A DNA stretch of 64,000 nucleotides from the human T2T-CHM13v2.0 reference genome, Homo sapiens, in assembly GCF_009914755.1 (NCBI RefSeq), contig NC_060942.1; one strand, 5' to 3'. Below are positions 38,968 through 55,715 of this stretch, in pieces. The notes under the pieces are model-generated. The model searched no databases. It had not been told where the DNA came from and worked only from the letters and a program-made list of their open reading frames with translations. Positions within the stretch are counted from its first letter, which is position 1. Each line of letters starts with the position of its first letter. The position numbers and the translations under genes are program-made.

Positions 38968-39459
38968 CGTCCGGTCTTTCCCAGAGACTCTTGCCAAGTG
39001 ACGGATGGAAGAAGTTCACTGACACAGGTATTTTGCCTGAAAACGTGGCTAGGGGACCGCACGGCTCTGCAACGCTGATGAGAGAGTCCAGCAGCTATCG
39101 AGAGAGTGCTGCCTCCATAAGCTGGCCCCACTTGCATTTATTTAGTACAGATTTAATGACAAAGGCTTGGAATAAACACAATTTGTGGGTAATAAACATT
39201 GTCAACCCCCCCAGTAGAGAGCAGTCCTGTGAGCAAATGATCAAAGGTTTGTTTCTGGAGACAGGAGTAAACAAATTTATCTAGATAAGTTCTTTTACAT
39301 TCTCTTGTTATCTACCCTTTACTCTCAGGCTCCGGATAAGAGAATCTGGCTGCCTTCAGCCAAATCTTATTTCAAAGCTTTTGCAAAACCTCCCGGCCTT
39401 CCAAGAAGGTTTGTATCTTTCCCTATAATTTCTCCCATCACCCTGATCAATCTCCTACA
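38968..39459 (-). mobile_element. 5' LTR (LTR22 family)
   Basis: Minus strand TGTAGGAGATTGATCAGGGTGATGGGAGAAATTATAGGG...; collinear with 35367-35839. Confidence 0.92.
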
Positions 39460-40744
39460 TTTGATCTGTTTTATACAAACTAAAGCAGTTCATATTCCTT
39501 GAATATGCTTTAATTATGCATTTTAGTTCTACTTGATAGATCATATTGGGAAATATTTAGTGATTTTGTTGTTAGTACATAATTTATTAGGCAGTGTTCA
39601 ATTTCTTCTTCAAAATTTCTGTAAGTTTAGAATTTGCTATAATATTTGGATAGGACAGTAGGGAGTAACTAGTTAATTTTCCCATAGTTGTAGCTATCCA
39701 GGAATATTGTTAATAATATACAATTTATCATGGTTCTATTAACATTAAACATTCTTTTTTATTATATAAGGATATATTATCAGCCAAGATCTAATTAATA
39801 TGTATAAGGAAAATATATACCTTATACAAAGCAATCTAAAACATGCCATTGTCTTAGGAGAAATTAATTACCATGCTATTTCAATGTAAATATAGCAAAG
39901 AATGTTTTACCCAACCTTATCTTAATTTTTGAAAAAGTTTATCTTTATCCTCTTATATGAAAATTCTGGTATGTTTTCAATTCCTGAGAGGTCATTTTGT
40001 TTCATGATCCTTGGAAAACCGCTAGATGATACCACTAGCAACTACTCAAAAACATATCGCTCTCAACCTGTCCCAAGAAAGGTTATAAACAGTCTTATCA
40101 GATGATGATTAGGAATGAAAGTTTCTCTGCTGTCTCTTAACTGTCATGGATACATACCAGATGATTGTGTTGGATGGCTTCTCTTACCTAGTTTGGACTA
40201 AATAGGAGGCCTATCATGTAGCAAACATGAAAGTTTTAAAAAATATTTTATTGATAAAACTGTAAGTTTAGCAAAGAAAGGATTTAGACATTTATGCTTT
40301 GAGAAGTGGCATTGGCAATTGTTTACCCAAATGTAAAATTAAAATTTTGCTTCAAAAGCATAATCAACTATATCAAAATAAAAACTTTAAATGTTTACAG
40401 GCATTTAGACATATAGTGTAACATATTCAACAATCAATATGTTAAATGTACTCAATATATAAACAGTGCTCATAAATCAATATACGTAAGAGACAACATT
40501 AGAAAAGTGTACCAATAACAACAGTAATTAAAGAGTGTGAAATAAAATAACAATAAGGTTTATTTTGAACCTGCTAAGTTAGCAAGGGTTAACATAAAAG
40601 CCCTACAACTTTGATAATGAAGGGAATAAATCTTCTCATACGTATTAGGCAGTATGTGTATAACACTATAAAATGTTACACATCTTTCACATATCCTTTT
40701 TATGCTTTTCTCGCTAATATATTTATCCTCAAGAATTATTCATA

Positions 40745-41142
<398 letters not shown>

Positions 41143-42703
41143 TTAAGCAAATTTCCTTCATGTTACTATCTAGTCACTAATAATGATGTACCAAGAGAAT
41201 ATGTAGCAACATGAAACAATATTGCTGAAAGACTCATTTTTGTATAGTTTGGTGTTTCAATAGGAAAATATTTTGAAAGGATATGTATCAGATTGTTAAC
41301 AATAGTTATGTGGGGACTCTAGTACTATAGGTTATCATATGCTTTTTTGTCTATTGGTATCTCTAAAAAATATTTAATTAATAGTCATAAATTGGAACAC
41401 ATTTAAGGACAATTTGAATTAAGTAAATATAATATTTGAGAATATACAATAGAATGAAAACAGTACAGGAGAAAGAGAGAATATGAATTATATCCTGTAT
41501 GCTTATTTTAGAAACTTTTGGTGTTTGTATTCTCTTTGTTTTCTAACAAAATGGAGGACATTGGACTTTTACATGATGTCCAATTTCTTTACACAGCGAA
41601 TTTCTCTAACTAAAACTTTTTTATGGAAAACATTTTTAGTTTAATTCTGGTAGATTAGTTTCTTGTTTTCTTAAAATAGCAAATAAATACATGTTATTCT
41701 TTATTTTATTATAAATTACAAACTAGCAGTAGAAATTTTTAATATAATTTGTCTCTTAATACACACATATAGACATAGATACTGTCCATGTAAACATGAG
41801 TCTATTAGCATATATATTATGTGTATATATATGACCACCTTAAGGATGAAATATTCCAGAGCTCTTTTTTTCACAAAGACTGACATAGTTGTCATTGTGT
41901 GCCAAATATTTTTCAGTTTTACACAAATTACTATTATATATTTAATGCTCACAACCACTTGTTCAAGATCACAGAGTCAGCAAGAGATTGGGCAAGGCAG
42001 TATGACCCATAGCTCATGCCCTTAAACACTAAGTTACATTGAATTTTGATGTATTTATAACAAAACAAATTGACACTTATAAAACACAAATTTTGTTAAA
42101 TATTTTATAAACATACTAAATTGTATCATTGATGTTCATATTTTCCACTAAACACAGATATGCAGCCACCTAGTAAACCTTCCTTTTTAACAATCTGAAG
42201 TGTTTAGCCCTCAATATCATGTGATCACAATAAACCTGGTCACTGCCGATTGCACCAGTGGTCAGTTCCTGTTCTCAGCTAGGCAAATTAAATTCTCTAT
42301 TCTAAAAACATTGAATTAAGACACAGAGGCCGAGTCAAACAAACGATGTTGTGAGTTTGTGCTTTAGGGCTACTGAGTTGTGGGCCAAAATTATAAATAA
42401 GTCAAAGCTTGAAGAATCAGCAAAAGGACCAGTGCAATGGAGTTGGTTACCGAGAGAACCAGCAAGTCAAGAATGTGGTCAAAGTCTCATGGGGAATAGG
42501 AAACTTGAGATTAAAACTCTATGCATTTGCTGTATTTTCCCTCTGTTTTTTCCCTTTCACTGGCTCTGTTTTCCATCCCTTTCTATCACTTTCCCAAGTT
42601 TATTCAACAAATTCCTCTTTTTTTTTTCCTGCAATCGACAAGTACCCAAATAAAACCAGTGGGAACATGCAACAATATTCTGAAACAAGCATTTTATTCG
42701 TCT

Positions 42704-42705
<2 letters not shown>

Positions 42706-42753
<48 letters not shown>
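42706..42753. repeat. (CA)n microsatellite
   Basis: About 24 perfect AC units. Confidence 0.98.
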
Positions 42754-42755
<2 letters not shown>

Positions 42756-43081
42756 TTATACTCTATATTTTCCTGAAGATTATATTGAAAAAATGACATT
42801 GCTGAATTCTAGTGGATTCTACAGATTCCCGGATTTCCTATGTAATGGTTTAACTTGAAAAATTACTCTCTGAAGTTTCTTTGGAAAGGAGGATGGTTGT
42901 TCAGTGCTTCCACAAACTGTTTTGAAAGAGAGTTAAAGGAAAAAAAAGTAGAAATTAAAAAAATGCATCGACAAAATACTAGATCTAATAAATGCACCTG
43001 TGATTTTTGATACTAAACCAAAGCCTTTTAAATGGGGATTTGTGGAGAATCTAAAGGGAATATCAGGTCAGATTGAAAATC

Positions 43082-43385
43082 TTTTTTTTTTTTCTTGGAG
43101 ATGGAGTCATGCTCTGTCACCCACACTGGAGTGCAGTGGCATGATCACAACAGGTCACAGCAACCTTGAACTCCTTGACTCAAGCAATCCTCCTGCCTCA
43201 GCCTCTGGGGTAGAGAGCACTATAGGCACATGCCACAATACCTGGCTCATTTTAAAAATTTTTTGTAGAGACAGGGTCTTGATATGCTGTCCAGGTTGAT
43301 CTTGAACTCTTGACCTTAAGCAATCCCTGCCACCTCAGCCTCCTAAAGCTCTGATAGTATAGGCATGAGGCATCGTGCTTAGCTG
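43082..43385 (-). mobile_element. AluJ
   Basis: Diverged antisense dimer. Confidence 0.88.
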
Positions 43386-44339
43386 CTTTATAACAATTTT
43401 AATGTTTATGCTTCGTGCAATAAGACATGCAAACAGTGTCAAAAGGCAAATAGTACTATAAGGCATAACAACAAAAACAACAAAAAAAGAAGTCAAGCCC
43501 TTATATAAATTTTTACTGCCCAGAGAACACAGATCATAACTTCTTTTTACTGGCTTTTATTTGACTTTGCCTAATTTCTAAATTTGATACCTATAATAAT
43601 ACTTATTGAATTTTAATGTACACACATTACAAAATTGACTTTGTATCATAAAAGATGAAGATTTAGCATTCTTACTCCAATTACTCAAAAAAAAGTATGC
43701 TGATCAAAAGAAAACTCTGTTTGTAGTTCTACCCTATAACGCTACATTAAAATGCACCTAGTGACTCCAATTCCTGAAATATGTATTCTACAAATTCTCT
43801 TGATTCTTGTTGGTTTCTCTTTCTTCAGGATTAGATTTTAATTTTCTCCACTCTGTGAATTTGTTCTCACTTGTCCATCTGCTAACTTCTAAAATTTTAT
43901 TTTCTATTTTCTCATTTCTCTTTCCATTTGTCCTTTGGATTTGAATTTTTTCCTGTAACATTATTTTAGTAGGTTTTCAGAAGGGAGCGTATATAAAACC
44001 AGTGGTTTAACGAAGACTAGTAAGTCATTCTTATGCCTGTACACCTTGAATAGGGTGGATTTAGACTTCAAAAATAAATAGAAGTAAAATAAAAATTAAT
44101 AAAGACAGCTTTTTTTCCTGTAGAAAATGTTAAATATGAAGAAAGAATTTGAAGTGTATATAGGATTTAGACTACAATCTCTAGAGTGAATATTTAACAA
44201 TTAACCTGATTCCATCACTCACCAACTGTATGATCTTGTGCTATTTGCTTTAATTCTTTGTGCTTCACCTTTCTAAATAGTAAAATTGAGATGCAAGTAG
44301 CATCTGTTTGTCTTATAATTTTAAAATTAGAAAAGTGGC

Positions 44340-44648
<309 letters not shown>

Positions 44649-45282
44649 CTAAGTAGGGTGACTATGCAATATTTTATAGTGTATAAGAGCAAGTTCACGT
44701 TTTTACTCTGAAACTTCTCCCCAATAACATGTAGTAGGACACAGTAGCTTGATGCTCCCAAGAACAAAAAACATATAAAAATAAAATGTAAAGTACTGAA
44801 ACCACAGTGAAATATGAAAGAGCTGTTAATTGAATAAATTATTAATGTCGTACCCAAAAGAAGAGAAACTATTTAAGATTGGCAGACAATTCCGGCCCTC
44901 CTCCCTACTAGTAGATAATGTTACTAAACAAAGAATGTTACTAAACAAGGGGAAGAAACAATGTTAAACAGTGTTACTAAAGAATGGGAAAGAAAGAGGG
45001 ATAAGCTAAGTATTTGTCTTGCCCAAGAAGAAAACTTCTGCTGGAATAAAGCACATTTTAGGTAATGTATGGGGCCAACGTGACAATATGGAAAATTTGA
45101 GGGTCAGAAACACATGTTAATCTTCCCTTTGGGAAATTTGATGAAGTTTCATGTTCCATAGTAGGCTGGGAAAAAAGAATGTAAGCTACAAAAAAGACGA
45201 ATAAAATCTGCAAAAATCATATGGCACTTACCAAACAGGGATGTACAGGGGAGTGAGTCTTCCTCAAATACAAGTTTTTCAC

Positions 45283-45283
<1 letters not shown>

Positions 45284-45317
<34 letters not shown>
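45284..45317. repeat. (ATT)n microsatellite
   Basis: About 10 units. Confidence 0.9.
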
Positions 45318-45759
45318 GTTTAGATTTTAAATCCCTATAGGGCAGGAAATGAGAATTACATGAGAGCTCTGAATGACCGAATAGAACCTACTGTAGCCTT
45401 CCGGGCTAAGGTAGACAAAACAAAAAGCAAAAAATGCCAAGGTCTCAATCATGCACTTGACAAAGTGTACCAAAAACAGTATCAAAAGAGAAAGAGAATT
45501 CAGATCAATTTATTTTGATTGGATTAAGATTATTAGTCCCTTGAAAGAGCCTCAAATGAGACTATAGTTCTGGAAAATGCTTTGATTTCAGCATTGTGAG
45601 ATGTCAAGCAGAGGACTCAGTCAATGTGTGCCAAGATCCCTAATCAATAGAAAATCTGAAATAATAAATGTATGTTGTTTTTGGCCACTAAATTGGTGGT
45701 AATTTGATTAACAACAATAGAATATTAACACAAACATTCAAAATAAATCCAACAACTCC

Positions 45760-47800
45760 TCTTTAGAAAATAAAGAAACAGAAAAATAAGAACAAAGCTG
45801 ACTAATATGGTGCATCCTCCAAAGTTCTATATAACCAGTATCTCAGAAAGGGAAGAGAAAAGAGAATATGTAAAAAGCAATATTAAAAATAATGCAGGAA
45901 AACTTTCAAAAATGACAAAAAGATACCTCAAATTCAAGTTCAACAAATCCCAAGTAAGATAGCTGTCAATTAAAAACACCTAAACACATCACAGTAAAAT
46001 AGCAGAAAACACAAAAATAAATAAGCAAATAGAGTGCAAGAGAGAGAGGAAATGTTATAATAAGATAAAGAAACATGATACCTCATCTTCTAAGAAAGAA
46101 CAACAAAAAGTACAGATGATTTCTCAACCAAAACAATGGTAACTAGAAGAAAATGGAACTCTGTCTTTATAGAAAAAAAAAAAAAAAAGAAAAAATAATT
46201 GCCAAACCAAAGTTTTATACCTATTGGGGAAAAAGAAAAAAAAGAATGAAATGAAAATGTTTTCAGGTTGCTAAATCTGTCAGCATACCTAGACTAAAAC
46301 AAGAACAACCAATTGGTTATTTAGAAAGAAGAAAAATGACCTGAAATGGAAATGTAAAAATTCAAGATAAAATAAGATACACCAGAAAGGTTGGTGAATA
46401 TAAACATATTTTATATCACAAAATAATAACTGCAACGAGTAATGGAGTTTTTATCCATTCAATTAAAATGCCTTATAACAATGGTGCAAAATTTCTGAAG
46501 AATACAGATAAACATCTAAGATCATAAGGTTTAAGTACTATTACGTAATTAGTGATAGTAGTATTTAAAATCAGTCTATAAGCTTTAAGAATACATTTTG
46601 TTGTCTCTTTCATAAAAACTAAAATATATTAAAATAATATGTATCTAATAATTTAGTATAAAATGTAATTATAAAAATTTGATTAATTCCAAATTAGACA
46701 AAATAAAAGAAAGTGAAAATGAAACAAAATAGATGGACCTAAGAAAATAGAAATAAAGCTGAATGTTTAAATCCAGCTGTATTTTTATTACATTGATGTA
46801 AAAAGAATAAAATTCGTAAGGAAAAAGTCTAAGATTTTCAAACTGCTTTCAAAACCACACCATCTTTATACTGTTTAAAGAACACCATTTATATATTAGA
46901 ACAACAGAAAGATTGAACACAAAACGCTGAAAAAATATACCTTACAAACACTAACCACAAAATTTCTCATTGAAACTACATAAATATCAAAGACAACATA
47001 AAGCAAGAAGCATCACAATTTATAAATAATATTTCATAATGCTAAAATTGATTCATCAACCTGTTGGAATTACAAATGTGTATACCTCACTAACATAGTG
47101 GGATAGTGAGCACGTCTCTTTCAATAGTTGATTAAGCAGGGAGACAAAAATAAACAATCTCTTAGAAGGTTTGAGGAATACATTAACCAATTTGGCTTAA
47201 ATGAATGTATGTGTTTGTATGGGAATAAACCATATGTTGGTCTTATGAAAATAACTCACATGTTGGGCTTGGGATGACAGTCTCAACAAATTTCAAAATA
47301 CTGAAATTATTTAGAGTATATATTCTGACATATAAAATTAAAACAGAGAGTAATGTGGTGGTTGCCAGGGAATTGAGGAGATGAGAACTAAGCTAAACAA
47401 CATCATCATTAAGAGGAAAACCAGAATAATAACAATTACTTAGAATTTAAACCAATGATTTAAGTTTCTAACTGAAGAAATGAAGAAACAATAAATATAA
47501 AATCAGGAATAGATGAAACTGAACAGTAGAGAAAATCTAAAAGATAGAAGTTCTTTTTTTGTAACTATTCAAAGGGGCAGAGAAAGAGAGAGATAGAGAG
47601 ACAGAGAAACGGAGAGACATAGATCCCAAATAACTGTCATCAAAGGTGAAGAATAAAGTACATTTTGAAGGTTTCAATAAAAACTAGTGGACGTCATAAA
47701 TGATTTTACACTAACAAATTTTATAAATTGGATGAAATGCAAAAATTTCTTCAGAAATTTGATTTACTAAATTTAATTGAAGTAAAATATATTATGTCTG
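45760..47800 (+). mobile_element. Old L1M ORF1/ORF2-proximal fragment, heavily decayed
   Basis: A-rich strand; L1-like motifs (GAAAACTTTCAAAAATGACAAAAG, GTCTCAACAAATTTCAAAATACTGAAAT, GATGAAATGCAAAAATTTCTT). Confidence 0.7.
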
Positions 47801-48714
47801 GCTGTATACAGAGGGCTTAATTAATTACGTGTACTTTTACTGTGAGGATTAGTTTTCTATAAAAGTGATCCTAACATATGAAACTGTGTATAGCCAGAAT
47901 TTACTACTCATAATATTTGCCACTCCAAATCCCATATAATAAAACTTTAATTTTAGCTTTTTTCTGTCATTTGTATTATCCCTGTTACCATGTTATATTT
48001 TATTATTAATTTTAAAATTATTTTACTATAAACTAAAAAGTTGCTTGAATTTATCTTTGACATGTAATAATGGACTTATTTCATGTTTACATGACATAAA
48101 ATGGAATTATGGATTCCAATTTTATAGATGTAGAATTATATAGATTTTATATTTTTCAACAAACATTTGTTATAATCATTAATTACCTATATAGTAAAAT
48201 TTTCTTAAATGTGTTTTCAAAGGATTTAATTTTATAATATTCTTCCTTAGAAATCTATGTAAGAGAATGAGAAAATTAACTCATTTGAGTCTCAAAATTT
48301 GGCATTTAAAATCTTTTCATTTAATAATCAACTGTTGTTGCTACTTTGTGTGAGATTTAATATAATACACAAAATCATTAGCTGCCTTTCTAGAATATAT
48401 TTGGCACTATAATAGGTGTTTTTCTCTTCTCACATTTCAAAATACTTTATAGATTTCTCTTTCCTTACCTACTAGCTTTAAACTTTAACCTAGTTTTATT
48501 TTCCTGTCATTTACTACTTTCCATTTTCTCCAGTTTTCCCAAAATCATACCAACATGTCCTTAAGAAATAAATATCTTTGGCTATTTCCCTCTATTACAT
48601 GTTTTTCGTGTGTCAAGTGTCCACCTTTCTAACATTCCCTTTCCACATCCTCTGAATCTTTGCAAGAATGTGAAGTTAATAGTCATAGCTGGACCCAGTA
48701 ATAAGACAAGATTT

Positions 48715-49560
<846 letters not shown>

Positions 49561-51699
49561 GTTATATTTACAATGTTGAACAAATATTTCTTTGAAACCT
49601 TTTAAATTCACATATAGCTAGTGAGAGAACTAACTTTTTTGGTTAAAATACAATGTACATTTAGTGAAAAGAAAGTGTTTTAATATACACGTATAGTATT
49701 TTTTCTCATACACCTAAGGATTTTTATTCATAAACATTTACTTCTTTGATCATAAGTTTTTAATCTCCATTCACATTTTATTCAGCAGGTGGGAGCATTC
49801 TTCAAGTTTCAAAGAGGAGGTTATATAATGGGCACCTCATTGGGAAGGCATGCAGTGTTACAGAGTAGTTCAAGATTCAACCAGCTGTGAAAAATAAATA
49901 AATGGTAAGAACATATTTTGCAAAGCAATGAGCATTTAGACATAAACATATATCTGTTTATACTAGTTCATTTCTAGTATAAACAGATATATTTTATGGG
50001 TGGCTAGCTTTCAACCTCTGTTTTCACCTAAAATTGGGTGGGATGCTTATACAGTTACTGATAAAAATATATTCCTTGAGTCTCATCTTTGCACACAATG
50101 AAATGAGAAGATCCTCAGAAGGAAATGAGATCAGATCTTGGTTATCATTACAAATATTTGTATTCATGAGTACTGGATAAACGTAGCAGGGAAAATAAAA
50201 AACATATTCTTTAAGTGACTAGATTTAAAACATAGTGAAACTTACTCAAATGACTTCAATGTCACCATGGTTTTTTGAAGTAGAAAATGAATGATTTCTA
50301 TGAAAGCAAAGAATTCGTGGAATGCAGACGAAGGACTGAGCTGCAAAGGAAATGCATTTTAGCTCAATACTGATTATAAATCATCCCTGATGTTACTTAT
50401 GTCTAAGCTAGTGACTATAACATTAATTGAATAACACTTACTATAGAGTAATGTTTGCTGTTACAGATCCACCTTAGATTCCGTACAAGGAAAAACAGAT
50501 ATGGAAAGTCAGAATGATCTCAATTTAAGGTCTCATAGCATAAGCCTGAAGATCTAATTGAACTCTCAACTTAATAAATAAGAACTAATATTATTTAATT
50601 TCATATGTGTTAACTAAGTTCAACTCCCAACATGTAAGTTCTCCAGACAGTCACACTGACTTATTTTCAGTACAATCAGGATACTATTAAAGATTAATAT
50701 GGCTAGAATTATAGAAATGATTGATAAGAATGTCATGCTGGAATCCCCACGAAGAAACTATATATAGGCAGAATGAGACAATCCTGCAAAATAACACTTG
50801 GCTCTGTAAATTAGACATGTCTGCAATTTTCTTCTTTTGTCTATTCTCAGAACTATAAAATGATTATCATCAAGTTCCTGCCATGATCCTCTGCAGCACA
50901 TAATCCAAAAAATATATACACATTACTTTTTGTTATTCCTTTATGCCAAACTATGTGGCCAAAAAGCAAATCAATTTGGAGTGGAAAATGGTCCATATGC
51001 ATCTCAATAAAAGCAATTTTATATTTTTGTATAACAGTTATGCATTCTTCTAATGATGAGATAAAATATGTGTGAGGCAAGGTAGCATTTGAAATAAAAT
51101 GTCTGCCATATGAATTATAGGGAGAATGTGCAGTACTTTCTATTAAATAGTAGTTATCATTAACTAGAATTGATAGTTCGCAATAAAAATGTATTATGTT
51201 CTGTCCATTCACCATGTACTGTGCCAATATTTTCTCTTTCATTGTCAATTTCATTTTCTGTGAAACTTATAAAATAATTTTTAAGCAAAATTTTCTCCTA
51301 ATATTACAAATGGAGAAAATACTATGGAAAAAACACTATTCTCAAATGTTTTGAAAATGGCTGATATACATTCAAATGCTTCACTTCATCTGATAATTGC
51401 CCATGACTAAACATCCATGCATGAATACACTAATGCTTAATTATTTTCAGAAAGTAAAATTAGCTGTCATACAAGCTTGATCTCTTAGTAGAGGTGATTT
51501 TAATTTTCTAATAATGCATCCAATTGGCTGGTAACACATTTTGATAATGTGCTATTGGTGGACCAGTATTTTTAGATGCTTAATAAATGTTTTTGTCATA
51601 GAAACTAACTACTCATATAAATCAGAGCAAAGTATAGCCACTAAAATATGGTGAATAAACAAGAATTGCTGCCCTATTCCACTGGAGATGGTTTAGAGA

Positions 51700-52785
51700 C
51701 ATTAGTGACTCACGGAACTCACCTTAGGAGTGACAAATACTTGGGTACAGTAGAAAGAACTGTGTGGCACTGGTAGAATTAGAAACATCAGTATGAGCTC
51801 ATCTATAGCTTAATAGGAACACAGATACATAGATATGGGAATAATAATATCTATGTATGTGTATCTATGTGTGCATGTAAACATGGGTTAGTATACATAT
51901 GTAGATTTGCTAGCTCAGTTCACAAGTGACACCTCAGTCTCAATGAGCATACTCTGAACTTTGATAGGAGTTTCTAAATTGCATTCTCAAATAAAGGGAA
52001 TCAGGGCTTTTTGCACAAAGGTCTGATTCTATAGCTGGGACAGGAAAATATAAAATGACACTGTTGCATCTTGAAGTACCAGAAAGCAAGGAAGCACTCA
52101 AAACATGAAAGGATTGAGGCACATCAATGAGGCACAGGAGCCAACCTGAAATGACTCCTAGTGGCCACAGTGGGGACAATTAGAGCCAATAAGTAAGTCA
52201 AGTATCTTGGGATTATAATTCAAAGTGTAAAATAAATATGTATGAGAACACATTTATATAATAAATTATTAAATATATAAGAGGACGTTAAATAATTACT
52301 GCTTTACTCTCCAGAAGGAGGAGCAGGACTTAGTGGCACGTTTTCAACTAATAAAGTGTACAAAGGGAGAGAAAAGTAATTTTAAAGTGGAGCTATTTTA
52401 ACCAAGTGAACAATTTAAACATCATGAGTGATTAATCATATTTATTTGTTGCATATATTCCCTTGAAAATGATGTGATAGCGAAGAGTACTTGCAATCTT
52501 CAAAACTGTGCAGGTCATGAAAAATGAAGAGACAATGGTTAAATGCAGTGTGGTATTCTGGATTGGATCCTGGCACAGTCAGAAAACAAGTGAAATCCAA
52601 ACAATATGGAGTTTAGTTTATAAAAATATAAACTGTTATTTGACCAGTTTTGACAAATATGTCATGGTAATAGAAAATACAGACATTGAGGAGAATTGGG
52701 TGAAAGGTATACTGGAACCCAGTACTATTGTTACAATTTAAAAAAAATCTAAAATCGCTCTAAAATTTTAAAAGTGTATTAAATA
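51700..52785 (+). mobile_element. L1MC/L1MD-type 3' UTR fragment
   Basis: ATAAGGGAATCAGGGCT...GCATCTTGAAGTACCAGAAAGCAAGGAAG and AAATGCAGTGTGGTATTCTGGATTGGATCCTGG motifs. Confidence 0.7.
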
Positions 52786-53774
52786 CAGATGTATCTTTTA
52801 TATAATTAAGACTTTTATTTTGGAAGGCAACTTAAAGTTGTTTTTCATGCAAACATAATAATTAAGGATTCACATATGATTGAATTTTAAGTCACTGATA
52901 AAATGAAGTGAATAATGGCTAGACATCTAGAACCTGTGTCTATTATGTCAAATTGGGCTTTAAACTTTATCCATGCTGGCCTCTGTTTTTTCATTTGTAA
53001 AACTGTGAAAATATAAACACTAGTTGCTTTGTAAAGTTCTTCCTAGTTTACTCATCTTATAAAACATGATAATTATAAGTGTTTGGTCTTTTTATAATAA
53101 GTACTAAATTATTATTAAAATTAATCATGTACATGCAGTTTGACATGTGCATAATGCACTTATTTCCAATTATGTAGAAGATAGAAACATTTACTTTGTT
53201 GTTTTGTAGTGTGTAAATAATTTGCAGCCATGGGAAAATGCATTAATGTAATTATGGGGCAGGGTGGTGATTTTTAAGAAAATTAAATGCTTTATGTTCC
53301 TACATTCTGTTTTTTTTTTTTGAAAATATGTTGTAAAAATGTTAATTATTTTCTACAGAATCATCAAATAAGAAAAAAACTCAAAGTCTACCTGGTAGAT
53401 CTTTCAAAAGATTGGGGATTTATTTTAAAAGTAAAGCAAATACATTTTTGACTATTTCATTTCCCCAATAAAGTTAATTTTTTCCTCAACTAAATCTGCA
53501 TAGTGTGTGTGTGTGTGTGTGTGTATGATAGAGAGTGAGAGAGTAAACTAAACATACAATATTTAATCTTACTGAAACAGTTAAATTTATTTAAACATTT
53601 ATTCCATGTAAAATAATACATTCTGATAATATATTATTCATATATATGGAAACACAAATTTATGTATATTTTACCAATGCCTTGAACATTGAAAGAGACT
53701 TTGGTGTCACTTCTGGGTTTGAAAGGAAATTTGGAAAATGCATTTTTGAAACCTTCATATTGAAATTTCTGTGA

Positions 53775-54097
<323 letters not shown>

Positions 54098-54469
54098 TGG
54101 TGAAATGTTTATAGCTTATATATAGGGACAACACAATATTTGAAATCAGAGCTTCCCTAGATTATCCAGAACCAATAAATTATCTGTGCAAACTCTTTCT
54201 CTCCTACATCCTGAGGAAATTTATTTAAGGTTATTTTTTCAGGTTTTTCTGTAAAATAACCATTTACAGTTTGGAAAAAAAACAGAATGCTTATTTTTGT
54301 GGGCTCCATATAAAATCAAGAGTGGATTAGTAATGAAGATATCATTTATATCAACATGACATTGACACAGAGGAAAAAAAAACATGAAAAACTCAGCTTC
54401 AAACTCAGAAACAAGTTACCCTCTAAAAAAAAAAAAAAAACAGATTCTAAGATTTGACCTGCTAGCCCC

Positions 54470-55715
54470 TTTTTAGCAGTTTCTTTGTTGGTGTCTTCTC
54501 ATCTTCCTGGCTTCTGCACATCAGAGTGGCCCACGGCTCAGTCATTAAAATGAAAATATACGAAATTTTCATCTCCTTTTACTCCCTAGGTGATCACTCC
54601 CAAACCCATTTTTAGAAATCTAAAGACTGATGGTCCCAAATTTCTATCTCCAACTGTGTCATTTTCTCCTGAACTCCATATACATATATCCCAATTGCCT
54701 ACTTGAAATCTCCATTTGGATATTTAATAGACTTTCTGAAGTTAATACACCCAAAATCAAACTCCTCAACTTCCTTCTAAAACTCACTTTCCCAGCAATT
54801 TTCCTTATCTTGGTGGATGCCAGACATCTTTGTAAGATGCTTAGATTAAAAACTTGATGTCATCTTTGACTCACTTATTTCTCCTATTTCTTACACCTAA
54901 TATTGCAGAAAATTCTTTTGGCTCTGCCTTAAAAATATATCCAGACTCTAATCACTTTTCCCTATCTCCAGGTTTACCACTCTGCCCCAAGCCATTGTCA
55001 TTTCTTATGTGGGTTATTGCAATAGCTTCCACTCTTGTTCCTTTTCAGTTGGCACTCAATAAAGCTGAGGAGCTGTCCAATTCATCTTCTGCTACTGCCC
55101 CTACTGGGCAACAGGCTCCAGCCGCACTGTCCTCCTCACTATTCTTCAAAAACACAATGCCCCCTAAATGTCCAATGTCTCACATTAATTTCTCAAATGC
55201 AATCAATAATTTCTGTTTTCATCTAGCTTACTTCATTTCCATTCAGCTACGTCTTTCCTAAAATTTAAGTTCAAATTACTTTGTAAATATCTGTTTCAAG
55301 CACGTGGGACATTCTCCAACTTCCTGCCACTTGCTGCTCTCTGGCCTGAAACAGTCTCCCCAAGATATCTTCACAACTCACTCATGCTCCTTTCTCAGGT
55401 CTTTAGTTAAACACCACTTCCTAAAAGTTAAACACCACTTCCCTGATTGCCCTATACAAAATTGCAATACCTGCCATGCTCGCAATTATGCTTGTCTGCT
55501 TTTTTTTTTTTCTTCAGTACTTATCACAGTGCAAAATAGCACACATTTTCCTGATTTCTTTTGTTAATTTATGTTATCCTCCCAAGAATATAATTTGCTT
55601 CCAGCAGGTAGGGATTGTTTATGTTTACTCATTGCTTTATCACCAGTATTTAAAACAATCTCCATCACATAATAAAACGCGACAAATCAATGATGAACAT
55701 ATATGTTGACTGAAT
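54470..55715 (+). mobile_element. L2 LINE 3' portion
   Basis: CTCCCTAGGTGATC, CCCAAATTTCTATCTCCA, CCAATTGCCTACTTGAAATCTCCATTTGGAT; ends ATGTTGACTGAAT. Confidence 0.8.

Larger units (their letters stand above)
35367..39459 (-). mobile_element. HERV-K(HML-5)/HERVK22 provirus, internally deleted (LTR-gag-env-LTR), 4093 bp
   Basis: Two LTRs, perfect 6-bp TSD TTTGAT (35361-35366 and 39460-39465), tRNA-Met PBS, PPT, and betaretroviral Gag and Env translations. Confidence 0.93.

Noticed and set aside
42351-42858. Overlapping 80-149 aa ORFs with THTHTH or VCVCVC runs
   Set aside because: They read through the (CA)n microsatellite, mostly lack ATG starts and show no domain similarity.
50853-51254. 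133-aa ORF in unique AT-rich DNA
   Set aside because: No recognisable domain or splice context; compatible with a chance ORF.
54854-55261. 135-aa ORF with a signal-peptide-like start
   Set aside because: It lies within an L2 relic.
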